A stretch of 64,000 nucleotides of DNA, from positions 8,877 to 72,876 of IMG/VR virus record IMGVR_UViG_2724679206_000002, one strand, 5' to 3'. The notes under the pieces are model-generated. The model was given only the letters and a program-made list of their open reading frames with translations. It had not been told where the DNA came from and made no database searches. Made by a program: the position numbers and the translations under genes. Source of the stretch: a virus. Taxonomy: Duplodnaviria; Caudoviricetes. How positions within the stretch are numbered: position 1 is the stretch's first letter; each line of letters starts with the position of its first letter. This document shows positions 40,196 through 49,994 of this stretch, piece by piece.

Positions 40196-41430
40196 ATACT
40201 ACAAAGATATTAGGTGAAGCCGTTGGCATTCAGCGTCAGGATATTATTGACCAGACTGAAGAGCAGCTGGCAGACAGTCTAAATGGCGCTGCAATTTTAG
40301 GCCGTTTCAAACGTGGCCGTTTAGACAAAACTATGACTATTCATCAAGGCAATATCCGCGGGCAGCTGGGTTATGATCCAAATAACCCGGACTACATCGC
40401 CGTGCAGGATTGTCTAGATGCAGGTGTGCCGAGCGTGCAAGTGCTGCGTATTTCAGCTGGTGACGACAGTGGTGAAGGCGGTAATGGTGTCGCTGATGTA
40501 ACCATACAAAATATTGACATGACTGGCAGATTTGCAATTGCAAGAGACAAAACCCCGAATGCTTATACTGTTCATGCTATAAATGATCAAGTTATTGATT
40601 TTTCGAGTAACTTAAAAGTAGTAAGTGACTCTGAAAACATGATTGCGATTAGGAAAGCGATTTTTGCACCGAGCGGGAATATATTTGCTCATTATGAATC
40701 AGATGCTTCATTTATTAATCTTCAAACAGCATTTTATTGGTTCAATGGGACGGACTTCTCAAGTCAAATAAGTTTTGATCCTCCTTTGGGCACACAAAAC
40801 GTAATCCCAATTATCGCTGTATCGCCGGATGATCAATACATACTTTTCAGCGGATTGAATAAAGCAATAAATGTATATAAAAAATTAGATGCTATGTCTT
40901 ATACGCGAATACATCAAATGGAAGATGCTGAAATATTTACAGGATTAGAATTTTCACCTGATTCGACTAAATTTAGCTTTCTATCATTAGGTGACACTGC
41001 ACTAAAAGTATACTCATTGGCTGGCGAAGACGATGCTTTAAGCTATCTGGGTAAGTTAAAGATTCCAGATTATGTAAGCTGGCCGGCCGGAAGCCTTGTA
41101 TATTCCCCAATATGGATGAATAACAGCATGATTTATCGTATTGTTCGTGAAAACATAGAAAATACAGATACTGATTACATGGCTTTTCAGGCAGTGATTG
41201 AAGTTTCAAGTGATAGCTTGTCTTACGCTTACGAGAACACAGAAAGCGTCGGATTTCATGGTGCTGCGCACTCAAATTATACGGGCGGGGCTTTAGTTAA
41301 TGTTGATTCTTATCGACATGGAAATTATGGATACAGTCTTACTACGCTGAACACAAATGGCAACGTGATCAAAACAGTTAAAGACTTCTCAGAGCTGCGT
41401 GATCAAAAAATGCTTTATTTTACAGTCTAA
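40192..41430 (+). CDS. Sheath N-terminal-domain (PmgG-like) protein fused to a beta-propeller-like payload
   Basis: AAILGRFKRG.LDK...LG...YIAV..CL..G...VQVLRIS; FAPSG, VSPDDQY, FSPDST blade-like repeats. Confidence 0.7.
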   Translation: MNTTKILGEAVGIQRQDIIDQTEEQLADSLNGAAILGRFKRGRLDKTMTIHQGNIRGQLGYDPNNPDYIAVQDCLDAGVPSVQVLRISAGDDSGEGGNGVADVTIQNIDMTGRFAIARDKTPNAYTVHAINDQVIDFSSNLKVVSDSENMIAIRKAIFAPSGNIFAHYESDASFINLQTAFYWFNGTDFSSQISFDPPLGTQNVIPIIAVSPDDQYILFSGLNKAINVYKKLDAMSYTRIHQMEDAEIFTGLEFSPDSTKFSFLSLGDTALKVYSLAGEDDALSYLGKLKIPDYVSWPAGSLVYSPIWMNNSMIYRIVRENIENTDTDYMAFQAVIEVSSDSLSYAYENTESVGFHGAAHSNYTGGALVNVDSYRHGNYGYSLTTLNTNGNVIKTVKDFSELRDQKMLYFTV

Positions 41431-41560
41431 TGAAAGTGAAGTTCGCATAATGGTTGCTGATGCGTACATCAACGGTGATGTTGATTATCTGTGCAAAACA
41501 ATAGTCTACAATAAAGCATCCCAATCTTATTCTGTACTCTAAAATGAAATAATGCCAAGT

Positions 41561-41587
41561 AAGCCCGTAGACCGCGGGCTTTCTTTT
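41561..41587 (+). terminator. Intrinsic terminator
   Basis: AAGCCCG-tagaccg-CGGGCTTTCTTTT. Confidence 0.7.
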
Positions 41588-41635
41588 CCGTCCTCTGGCA
41601 GCGGGTTAATATTTGCCACCGCGATCCTAATTTAA

Positions 41636-41677
41636 TTGGAATCATTGCAAATCTGTTCAAATTGTTTCATGCACACT
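41636..41677 (+). promoter_or_regulatory. Late promoter element 13
   Basis: TTGGAAT-N29-CACACT. Confidence 0.7.
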
Positions 41678-41703
41678 GTTGATTATTTGATTTAGGAAAA
41701 GTA

Positions 41704-42261
41704 ATGAATACTACAAAGATATTAGGTGAAGCGGTTGGCATTCAGCGTCAGGACATCGTGGACCAGACAGAAGAGCAGCTGGCAGACAGTCTAAATGGCG
41801 CTGCAATTTTAGGCCGTTTCAAACGTGGCCGCTTAGATAAACCCATTACGATTCATCAAGGTAATATCCGCGGGCAATTGGGCTATGAACCAAATAACCC
41901 GGACTATATCGCTGTGCAGGATTGTCTGGACGCAGGCGTGCCTAACGTGCAAGTTTTACGTATTTCAGGGGGCGCATTGATTTGCCAAAAGCTTGTTAAT
42001 GTTGATAATTATCGTCAATTTATTGTTAGGCCTGATCTTACTGACGCGGGCCAGCAAGAGATAGATAAGGTACTTGATGCACTAATTGAATCCGGTAGGT
42101 ACACAATCAATGAGCATCCATATCAATTGAAGAACACCTATTATGTACGGACGGATGAATATATTGATATATCTATCAGCCGTTCTGAATCAATAGGCGA
42201 ATTTAACGAAGTTGAATTTTGTGCATCCGTGCCTTTCATTTTTGAAGCATGGTACACCTAA
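41704..42261 (+). CDS. Second sheath N-terminal-domain (PmgG-like) protein with a short unrelated C-terminus
   Basis: First 88 aa nearly identical to the 40192 protein, then unrelated. Confidence 0.75.
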   Translation: MNTTKILGEAVGIQRQDIVDQTEEQLADSLNGAAILGRFKRGRLDKPITIHQGNIRGQLGYEPNNPDYIAVQDCLDAGVPNVQVLRISGGALICQKLVNVDNYRQFIVRPDLTDAGQQEIDKVLDALIESGRYTINEHPYQLKNTYYVRTDEYIDISISRSESIGEFNEVEFCASVPFIFEAWYT

Positions 42262-42779
42262 TGCTGATCGGGTTTAAGCGAGCCAAAATTCTAAGCTACA
42301 GCGCAAAGAACAGAACTGCCAAAATTCATATTCACGGTATGACTGATGGGGCCAGCGAAGGTTTAACGGCCACTTTTGCTTATCCGGTCGGGGACAGTGA
42401 TAAGGATACTGAACGGGAAATTCTAACGGGAGAAGACGTTTATGTATTCTTTGAAAATGGTGAGGAATCTAGGCCTGTTATTGCGTTTTTCAGCAGCCAT
42501 GGTGAAGAGCCCGTTGTTGATATACGCCGTATCCGGCAAGAGAACATTGAATTGCTGGCTAAAAGCCAAGTGTATATAGAAGCGCCAGAAGTCCGCATTA
42601 AAGCAAAACTGATCTTGGAAGGTGATTTTGAGCACCAAGGAAATCAAAAAACAGAAGGCATGATCACGGCCACAGTCGATGTTGTTGCTGCAAATGTATC
42701 CGTTAAATCTCATCCTCATAGCAATGTCCGTGCAGGAACAGACGATAGTGGGCCTCCTAAACCAGCTGGAACTGCCTAA
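42261..42779 (+). CDS. Baseplate spike (gp5/gpV-like)
   Basis: OB-fold N-terminus (VYVFFENG...PV), beta-helix, HPHS metal-binding tip. Confidence 0.8.
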   Translation: MLIGFKRAKILSYSAKNRTAKIHIHGMTDGASEGLTATFAYPVGDSDKDTEREILTGEDVYVFFENGEESRPVIAFFSSHGEEPVVDIRRIRQENIELLAKSQVYIEAPEVRIKAKLILEGDFEHQGNQKTEGMITATVDVVAANVSVKSHPHSNVRAGTDDSGPPKPAGTA

Positions 42780-42807
42780 GCGTATTGAACATAACGTATT
42801 TCATAAT
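42766..42807 (+). promoter_or_regulatory. Late promoter element 14 (portal)
   Basis: CTGGAAC-N29-CATAAT, then hairpin ATGATTTT/AGAATCAT. Confidence 0.8.
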
Positions 42808-42836
42808 GATTTTAATTTTAGAATCATGGCTTCGGT

Positions 42837-44372
42837 ATGGCTGCTTCAGACATCCTTTCGTTATTGCTTGGTCCTAGCGCCAATAGTGTTCCTCTGCAGC
42901 TGGCGAATGACAATCAGGAAACTATGGTGCAAATGTTTGACTCATTTGCACCATTTTCGCTTGGTACAAATTCAACTGTAGAAAACCGTAAGCGAACCCG
43001 CAAAGAAATATATACAAAATGGGAGCAGATGCTCCGTTTCGCGCCTGTTGCAGAGGGAATTGGCATTCATGTCACTGCAGCTTTAGGCGGTGATACCCAT
43101 AATGGTCAGCAAATTTTTATAACACCGGCTGAGCGCTTGCGGGGTGAAACCGGTGCTGCTGCTAAAGAGCAGCTGGAACGGTTGCAAAAGCGTATCAAGC
43201 CCATGGAAACCTTGATTAATAAATACATCACTAAGATTTGCTCTGACGGCATTTCATTTGGCGATGCTTATGCACGGATCTATGGGAAGAAAAGTAAAGG
43301 CGTTACAGATATGCTCTGTAATGAGTTCACTCATCCGCCCTTATTGCAGTCCTTTGAGCAAGGCAGCAAAACCGTCGCTTTTTTTGCCTTAAATCCAAAA
43401 AACTGGGTCAAAACCATTACTAAAATGAGTTCTACACAAATGGTCCGGCTAAAGATGCCCCGTATTGTGAATGTGCCTCAATTTGATTTAGTTGAAACTG
43501 GGTTGATCGTACAGATGCTCGAAAGAGATGAACCCGATGAATTACCGATCCTGCCTGCTATGGTTGGCGGTTCATTCCTGTTTGCAATTGAGAAAGCATA
43601 TGATGACGTCATGCTGTCTTTAACAACAATGAATAGCCAGCAGGTTGCAGATGCAGTCAACCAGATGTTTTTATCCCTTAATATGGCAGGCATGCCAGAA
43701 GCGCAGCGCGAAGCATACAAGCGCGGTTTAGAAGGTATGCTGCAAGATCATGAGAAATTCGTAAAAAATGCGATGTCTGGTGGAGAAGGTATTTGGAATA
43801 CCAAATATCATGTATTGCCGACCTGGGACGAAAAACAGATCTTAAACCCAGTCGGTGACATTAAAGGCCAGCGCAATTCACCGATTAATATTGAAACATT
43901 CATGATCAATGTACGCCTGCTGATGGGCGGCTTTGGACTTGATCCATCGATGGTTGGTTGGGCGGATATGCTGGCGGGCGGTTTAGGAGATGGAGCCGCG
44001 ACATTAACATATTCCAGCCAGGTGATGCGGCGCTCTATGTGGATTCGGCAGTCAGCAACACAATTCGTGAATGACATTATGCATCTTGATTGGGGCTATG
44101 CATACAATGAACAGTTTGATCAGCTGGATTTCCCATGGCAGGTTGAATTCTCAAGTAGCCAATCTGCTGCCGTGACTGAAGAAAATACAAATAAGCAAAC
44201 GCAAATGAATACTTCACTGCTGAAGATTCAAGTCATTAACTCATTGAAAGAATCCAATCTCAGTGAAGAGACCATGCAGTACATATTAGAAAAAGATGCT
44301 GGCTTCAATTATGACGATGCCAATCGTGTGGCTAAAGATATTGCAGCTTCAAGACAAAATGAATCGGAGTAG
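42837..44372 (+). CDS. Portal protein (P1 Prt-like)
   Basis: FGDAYARIY, GGSFL, G.DPSMVGWADMLAGGLGDG motifs; 511 aa. Confidence 0.75.
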   Translation: MAASDILSLLLGPSANSVPLQLANDNQETMVQMFDSFAPFSLGTNSTVENRKRTRKEIYTKWEQMLRFAPVAEGIGIHVTAALGGDTHNGQQIFITPAERLRGETGAAAKEQLERLQKRIKPMETLINKYITKICSDGISFGDAYARIYGKKSKGVTDMLCNEFTHPPLLQSFEQGSKTVAFFALNPKNWVKTITKMSSTQMVRLKMPRIVNVPQFDLVETGLIVQMLERDEPDELPILPAMVGGSFLFAIEKAYDDVMLSLTTMNSQQVADAVNQMFLSLNMAGMPEAQREAYKRGLEGMLQDHEKFVKNAMSGGEGIWNTKYHVLPTWDEKQILNPVGDIKGQRNSPINIETFMINVRLLMGGFGLDPSMVGWADMLAGGLGDGAATLTYSSQVMRRSMWIRQSATQFVNDIMHLDWGYAYNEQFDQLDFPWQVEFSSSQSAAVTEENTNKQTQMNTSLLKIQVINSLKESNLSEETMQYILEKDAGFNYDDANRVAKDIAASRQNESE

Positions 44373-44375
44373 GCA

Positions 44376-45011
44376 ATGAGTATTTATGATGGGGGAACTT
44401 TGCCGCCGATTAGTGTAGAAGCAGCCTCTAATGCCTTACAAGGCATGTGGTCTGGCATGCCGATCAGTAAGGCAAAGGCTATTTATGACGGGATCTATAA
44501 ATTAGGAACAATCTCAAACATTCATTTTGGGGTAGAGCTTAAGCCCTTTGATCCAAACAGTGCGATTGCACAACAGGATATTCCCATTTTTGATGAACAG
44601 GTGCGGCTGCCTTGGTTATGCCAGAGTATCGATTTGTCAGTGCTGGATGCGCAGACAGACAGCGCGCAGGTGGGGGCTTTTCAGCTGAATTTTTTAACGG
44701 GCAACAATTCAGGTGAAATTTCAATTCCATTTATTGAGACAAAAAATGCTGACATTTTAAATAGTGCAGGCTTTATCAAAGATATTATGTTTCCAGATGG
44801 GGCGGCTGGCGGTACTCAGGCACTGCCGATCGATTATCTGATGAAAATGACCATTTATATTTACGATAGGCACAGTTATTCAACACGGGTTTTTGAAGTT
44901 CAGCACATGGTCGCGCTGCAGACTGGCAGCATTCCGCTGGATGCTTCTAACCGTGGCGGGGTGGGTATAGTGACGCTGAATTTTATTAAGATGTTTCCCA
45001 TGTTGAAGTGA
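44376..45011 (+). CDS. Tail tube-fold protein (tube or tube initiator)
   Basis: LCQSIDL...VG.F..N..TG..SGEISI.FIET pattern. Confidence 0.55.
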   Translation: MSIYDGGTLPPISVEAASNALQGMWSGMPISKAKAIYDGIYKLGTISNIHFGVELKPFDPNSAIAQQDIPIFDEQVRLPWLCQSIDLSVLDAQTDSAQVGAFQLNFLTGNNSGEISIPFIETKNADILNSAGFIKDIMFPDGAAGGTQALPIDYLMKMTIYIYDRHSYSTRVFEVQHMVALQTGSIPLDASNRGGVGIVTLNFIKMFPMLK

Positions 45012-45053
45012 TTGGAACAGATAAACAGTGCGAAGTTTTTGAAGTGACAAAAT
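45012..45053 (+). promoter_or_regulatory. Late promoter element 15 (darA)
   Basis: TTGGAAC-N29-CAAAAT, then hairpin TGCCTCAA/TTGAGGCA covering the GAGG RBS. Confidence 0.85.
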
Positions 45054-45086
45054 TGCCTCAAGTATAAAAAGTTGAGGCATATTTAA

Positions 45087-46703
45087 ATGCGTAATATTGA
45101 TATTTTCAAACAGCACTGGGCGCCGCATCAGTCCCGCATCGTTGCCGGCTTTGACTCAGCTGTAAACAGCGGAACATGCTTAATTGGCGTTATTCAAGGC
45201 AAGTATCGGACGCTGAATGCGATTGTGACTGAGACTGCGACAGAAGATGATCAGTGGCGTATCGTGAATTTGAAGGGCCATAAAGATAGTATTCCAGCTT
45301 TTGATTCAATTGCCGTATTGGGCGCCGTAGACGATACGCAGGCTTCGGCACTTGCAGGACTGCAGTTCGGCCGCATGTTTGATTCTGCCGTAGACTCAGT
45401 AATTGAAACCAATCCGCAGGGGCTGATGCGCCATTTGGCGGCGCCGTATTACCACAAAACCCCAAATATCATCCCGGAATGGCAGCTGGCCCAGCTTCAG
45501 GATGTCACATGCGCCACTGTGCCCGGCTGGGACGGAATCAGTCTGACGTCCCATGACGGACAGACCGCCAATTTAATGCTGGATCTGCAGCGGCATGATG
45601 ACCATGGCGGTCTGCTGCAGGAATTTGACGGACTGGCGCCGCTGCTTGAGTCTATCGGCGCTGTGTATGCGGACTTTGATTCAATCATTGTTGAATATCA
45701 GTATTTGGAAAAGCTGATGGCCATGCTTCACAAAGTGATGCAAAGCACTTCAAAAGGTGGGGTAAAAATTCTGAATGTTGAACAAAGTGAAAAGCCGTTT
45801 AAGCATAAAAAAGTATTGAATATTGCTGTTACTTATAATTTTGAAGATGGTCAAAGCATTACAATCCTGTTTCATCATCCAGACCGTGAAGCTAAAAAAA
45901 TTACGCCGCAGGATATGCTGATTTCATGGAAGATCCTCATGAATAGCCGTGATATTACAGGCGCTATTCAGCCGAATCAGGGTGAAGGAATTGAGATGCC
46001 GGTACTGGCAGGCCGGATCATGAAACTGGTCAATCAGAACAGCGCCCGCTTTAAGCGCACTCAGGCTAAAAAGGCAGAAAATGTTCAGGCCTTAGCCGAT
46101 GCAGAACAACGTTTGTTTGATAAACAGGGGATAAAAGCTGCGCTTGAGGCCGAAATTCAGGGTTTGCTGAATCAGCTGGATCAACAACAGGCACAGCAAT
46201 TAGCCCAACAAACATCACAAAATGAGGATATTCCTGCTGAACCTGCTAAGGCATATCCGCCAATAGAAGATTTAGGCGACGGTTATTACCAGGCATTTAA
46301 AAATGATAAGAAAGTAGATTCTTGGACGGCACATTTGAATACAAACGGTAAATGGGAAGTATCAGCAAACAACGCTCAAACACGTGCATGGAACCGTGGA
46401 TTTGGAGCGCCACGATTCTTTAATACTATTGATGAGATGATTGCAAAGTATCCTGCATTTGGTGAACTGGCAGAGTTGTTGGAGACATCGAATGCATCCA
46501 GCGGCAACAAAGGTGATTCTGATGATGCTGATTATTTGAATCAAGTCATTAAGGGTGAAGTGGATTTTTCGAAGTCAAATGAAGTTGAAACGAAGCTTGA
46601 AGACATTGGCAGCCGGCTTACTGCAGAAATTAATGACTTATTTGAGCAGGCCGTTACTTCCTATTCAGTTTATCAAGTCGGCCAAGCCTCACAAATTCAT
46701 TGA
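45087..46703 (+). CDS. darA: DarA-like defence-against-restriction head protein
   Basis: FEDGQSITILFHHPD...WK..MN.RDIT...NSARF (DarA_N); DADYL..VI.GEVD...LFEQAV.SYS (DarA_C). Confidence 0.8.
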   Translation: MRNIDIFKQHWAPHQSRIVAGFDSAVNSGTCLIGVIQGKYRTLNAIVTETATEDDQWRIVNLKGHKDSIPAFDSIAVLGAVDDTQASALAGLQFGRMFDSAVDSVIETNPQGLMRHLAAPYYHKTPNIIPEWQLAQLQDVTCATVPGWDGISLTSHDGQTANLMLDLQRHDDHGGLLQEFDGLAPLLESIGAVYADFDSIIVEYQYLEKLMAMLHKVMQSTSKGGVKILNVEQSEKPFKHKKVLNIAVTYNFEDGQSITILFHHPDREAKKITPQDMLISWKILMNSRDITGAIQPNQGEGIEMPVLAGRIMKLVNQNSARFKRTQAKKAENVQALADAEQRLFDKQGIKAALEAEIQGLLNQLDQQQAQQLAQQTSQNEDIPAEPAKAYPPIEDLGDGYYQAFKNDKKVDSWTAHLNTNGKWEVSANNAQTRAWNRGFGAPRFFNTIDEMIAKYPAFGELAELLETSNASSGNKGDSDDADYLNQVIKGEVDFSKSNEVETKLEDIGSRLTAEINDLFEQAVTSYSVYQVGQASQIH

Positions 46704-46718
46704 TAGGAAATTTATGTA

Positions 46719-47033
46719 ATGAATGCATTAGAAAGATTGAAACTCACCAAAGAGCTGCGTCAGCTGGTAGATACAATTCCTGATATGAAGGGCATGGATA
46801 AGTTGCAAAGTACAAAACGTTTGCGCGAATTGATTGAGATTTTAGGCGGTCAGGCAACGTCTGAAGTAAATAAACTGTATCAGTCAATTATTGATGGAAG
46901 AGAGGAAGCATCAGTTGAATTGCTGCTGCAGGTACGTGCAGAGGCAGAAAAAAACCTGCAAGATCCTTTGCTGATTGACGCTGTAAATGTATTGATTGCG
47001 CAAATCAATGAATTGGCTGGAACAGCTGAATAA
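46719..47033 (+). CDS. DdrA-like small helical protein
   Basis: Lies between darA and ddrB; MNALERLKL..EL helical hairpin. Confidence 0.5.
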   Translation: MNALERLKLTKELRQLVDTIPDMKGMDKLQSTKRLRELIEILGGQATSEVNKLYQSIIDGREEASVELLLQVRAEAEKNLQDPLLIDAVNVLIAQINELAGTAE

Positions 47034-47058
47034 TCCGGCCTCATGCATCTTTCAAAAT
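47017..47058 (+). promoter_or_regulatory. Late promoter element 16 (ddrB)
   Basis: CTGGAAC-N29-CAAAAT, hairpin AAAATAGTCCT/AGGGCTATTTT. Confidence 0.85.
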
Positions 47059-47091
47059 AGTCCTTAACAGGGCTATTTTTTTGAGTACGTA

Positions 47092-49926
47092 ATGAGTGAT
47101 TTTGCAAAAATTGACAACATTCAGGATGAATCTGAAGTTTTAACAACAATCGATAAATTAATCTCAAAAGTTGAGAATAATGAGATTGTTGAATGGGACA
47201 GTGAGCAGGCAGAAAAACTGTACCGCGAATATCTGGCAAATCTTGATAAGTATGATGGCAAGTCTATTGCTGCATCAAAGGCCTATTTTAATGATCACCT
47301 AAATGGCAAGCTGGTGCACACCAAAATTGGTTTAGTCCGTATTAATTCAAAATCAAGAGGTAAGGTTCATGACCGGATGCGGGATGTTAAATATTTGGCT
47401 ATCCCATATATTCCTGAAGTTTTAATGACGGGTGAAATTAGTGATTTAGTGCCATTAAATAAAGACCGTACTGATAGCGTAGAAGGGTATTATATTTTTG
47501 AAAAGTCAAAGCAGCTGAATGACTTCACGCTAAATATAACTTTGAAAGTGGCATTAGATTCTGAAGGGCATTTATTATATTACTTAGGCGCATCAAAAGA
47601 AAAAAGCCAACTTACACCTATCTCACAGGTCGTTAACCCCATAGGCTTGGAAGCTGGCTTTGACTCTATTGAATCACGGTATGAAGACGAAATCAATATT
47701 GATGTACAAGTTTTAGACAAAGATGGCAATGTGCTATCTCAAGCGGACGCCTTGAAAGCATTATTAAAAAAATACGGTATTAATAATATTGTAAAAGGCC
47801 GCAACAATAAGGTTAAGACAGCCAAAGGAACACAGGTTTCAACCGTATTTGCATTACTTGAGACTAAAGACGTCATCGCTTCGCATACAGCCGCCGGCGC
47901 TGAAAATACTGAATACCCTCAGGAACTGCAGCCGCGTGACCGCAGCCGCGAATCCTCACAGGCTTGGGTTCAAAAAACGTCAAATGGATTAGATACTGAA
48001 AGTCTTGGGCGATCTGGCCGAGCCGATACTGGCGCCCCAATTGTAGGGGATGATTTGGTCGTTGAATCGGGCAATGGCCGCACCATGGCTATTAAGCTGG
48101 CTTATGAACGCGGGCAGGCTGAAGAATACCGGCAATGGCTGATTGAAGAAGCCGAATATTTTGGATTTTCATCAGATCAGGTTGAGAATTTTACTGCTCC
48201 TATTTTGGTACGCATTCGCACTTCAGTTGTGGACCGAGTTCAGTTCACGATAGAGGCCAATCAGGACGATAAGCTGTCATTCAGCGCCACTGAGCGCGCG
48301 AAATCAGATGCCAAGCGGCTGGACGAAAACCTGCTGGCCTTATTTACTCCAGGCGATGACGGCGACCTGCTGACGGCCGGCAATCAGAAGTTCATTCATG
48401 GCTTCCTGAAATCCATAGGCGATACGGAAGCGGCTCAGTACATCACCACCGAAGGCAAGCCGACTCAGGCGCTTGTTGCCCGGATCAAGGCTGCTATTTT
48501 CAGTAAAGCCTATAACGATGACCGGTTGCTGGAAATGATGGCTGATCAAACAAAACCAGATCTACAGAATATGTTGAATGCCTTAGGCGCCGCAGCGCCC
48601 AAGTTTATAGAGGCGCAAGCGGTAAGCCGTGGTGATATTCAGGATGTATCCAGCTCAATTGTAGATGGGATCGAGCAGGCGCTGGACAAGCGCGTTACCA
48701 ATGCCATTATTGATGCTGCCAATACTATCGTTGCTGCAAAGCGGAATGACCAAGACATTGCAGAGTTTGTTCAGCAGCAGGGCTTATTTGGTGACTTGGG
48801 GGAGGGTGTGCCAGAGCTGGCAGTATTCCTGTCAAAGAACAGCCGCAGCGCCAAAAAGATGAGCATGCTGTTTAAGGCAATGGCGGAATTTGCGGAAAAG
48901 CAGGCAATTGATCAGCTGAATATGGGGCTGTTTGGAGAGCCGGAACCAGTCAGCATTAAAGACGCGATCAGCTATGCCGCAGCAGTCATCAATGATAATT
49001 ACGGGGACAATGCGACTATCAGCATGTTTGACTCAGCGAATGAGGAATTCACGCTGTTTGATCAGCATGCCCATCAGGCAGCAACTTCTCCCTACAGCCG
49101 CGCCACGCTGCCGGAACAGGCGAACTTGATTGCCGGCAAGTACCTTAAAGGCGCCGTAAAGATTGGTGAGCTGAATATCGCAATTAAAAATCCGGCAGAC
49201 TCCGTCCGCGCTGGCACAGATCCCAGCGGAAAAAAATGGGAAGTCAAAATGCAGCATCACTATGGCTACATTGAAAATACAACGGGCGCGGATGGCGATG
49301 AAATCGATGTGTTTGTTAAAAACCACTTGGATTCAGTACCGGAGCAAGCCTATATCATCCGGCAGCTGAATGCCGCCGGCGCCTTTGATGAGCATAAAAT
49401 CATTATCGGCGCTGAATCTGAGAATGAGGCTAAACAGATCTATCATTCAAATTTTGAACCGGGCTGGCAAGGCTTCGGGAGCATTCAGCGGATTGCAATG
49501 GCTGATCTGCCGCAGAAGCTTCAGCACACCTGGTCTGAGTTTGATTCATGGGCAGCAGACGGCAGCTATGAGCATATTCCATTAAAGCAAATTGTCACAG
49601 ACAAGGCGCTTAAAGTGGACGAAAGCAAAATCAACAAAGAAGATCCGGTGCTGGTGATTGAAAAAGGGCATAAGTATTATCTTGTTGTCGGGCTGGAGCG
49701 GCTAAAGCTGGCCGCCCAGCGACATGAAAGCCTGGTACCGGCGATCATTTTTGATGACAGGGATGTGAAGAGCAAAATCATTCAGAATGCCTTGAGAAAG
49801 GCCGGCAGCACAGTGGATACGGTTGCCCTTGCAGCCTTGATTGTTGATGAGATGGAGAAAATTTTAATTTCCAGTTTTGATTCGGCAGCCAATTCATTGT
49901 TTGAAATCCTTTACCAGTCCAGCTGA
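47092..49926 (+). CDS. ddrB: DdrB-like polyvalent protein (LPD3/BECR-like + ddrB-ParB + inorganic pyrophosphatase-like + ParB-like)
   Basis: LQPRDRSR...GAPIVG...VESGNGR (ddrB-ParB); NP..S.R.G...W...M..HYGYI..T.GADGD.IDVF...FDEHK (InPase). Confidence 0.8.
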   Translation: MSDFAKIDNIQDESEVLTTIDKLISKVENNEIVEWDSEQAEKLYREYLANLDKYDGKSIAASKAYFNDHLNGKLVHTKIGLVRINSKSRGKVHDRMRDVKYLAIPYIPEVLMTGEISDLVPLNKDRTDSVEGYYIFEKSKQLNDFTLNITLKVALDSEGHLLYYLGASKEKSQLTPISQVVNPIGLEAGFDSIESRYEDEINIDVQVLDKDGNVLSQADALKALLKKYGINNIVKGRNNKVKTAKGTQVSTVFALLETKDVIASHTAAGAENTEYPQELQPRDRSRESSQAWVQKTSNGLDTESLGRSGRADTGAPIVGDDLVVESGNGRTMAIKLAYERGQAEEYRQWLIEEAEYFGFSSDQVENFTAPILVRIRTSVVDRVQFTIEANQDDKLSFSATERAKSDAKRLDENLLALFTPGDDGDLLTAGNQKFIHGFLKSIGDTEAAQYITTEGKPTQALVARIKAAIFSKAYNDDRLLEMMADQTKPDLQNMLNALGAAAPKFIEAQAVSRGDIQDVSSSIVDGIEQALDKRVTNAIIDAANTIVAAKRNDQDIAEFVQQQGLFGDLGEGVPELAVFLSKNSRSAKKMSMLFKAMAEFAEKQAIDQLNMGLFGEPEPVSIKDAISYAAAVINDNYGDNATISMFDSANEEFTLFDQHAHQAATSPYSRATLPEQANLIAGKYLKGAVKIGELNIAIKNPADSVRAGTDPSGKKWEVKMQHHYGYIENTTGADGDEIDVFVKNHLDSVPEQAYIIRQLNAAGAFDEHKIIIGAESENEAKQIYHSNFEPGWQGFGSIQRIAMADLPQKLQHTWSEFDSWAADGSYEHIPLKQIVTDKALKVDESKINKEDPVLVIEKGHKYYLVVGLERLKLAAQRHESLVPAIIFDDRDVKSKIIQNALRKAGSTVDTVALAALIVDEMEKILISSFDSAANSLFEILYQSS

Positions 49927-49968
49927 TTGGAACTGCAGAGGCTAGCTTTAGCCCAGCCTTGAGAAAAT
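49927..49968 (+). promoter_or_regulatory. Late promoter element 17
   Basis: TTGGAAC-N29-GAAAAT, hairpin AAAATAGCCCTG/CAGGGCTATTTT. Confidence 0.85.
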
Positions 49969-49994
49969 AGCCCTGTTCAAATCAGGGCTATTTT

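Larger units (their letters stand above)
40192..41968 (+). repeat. 265-bp imperfect direct repeat (40192-40456 and 41704-41968)
   Basis: Near-identical 5' ends of two genes; differences mostly synonymous. Confidence 0.95.

Noticed and set aside
40192-41968. Diversity-generating retroelement TR/VR pair
   Set aside because: Differences are mostly synonymous and not adenine-specific, both copies are N-terminal coding regions, and no reverse transcriptase is present
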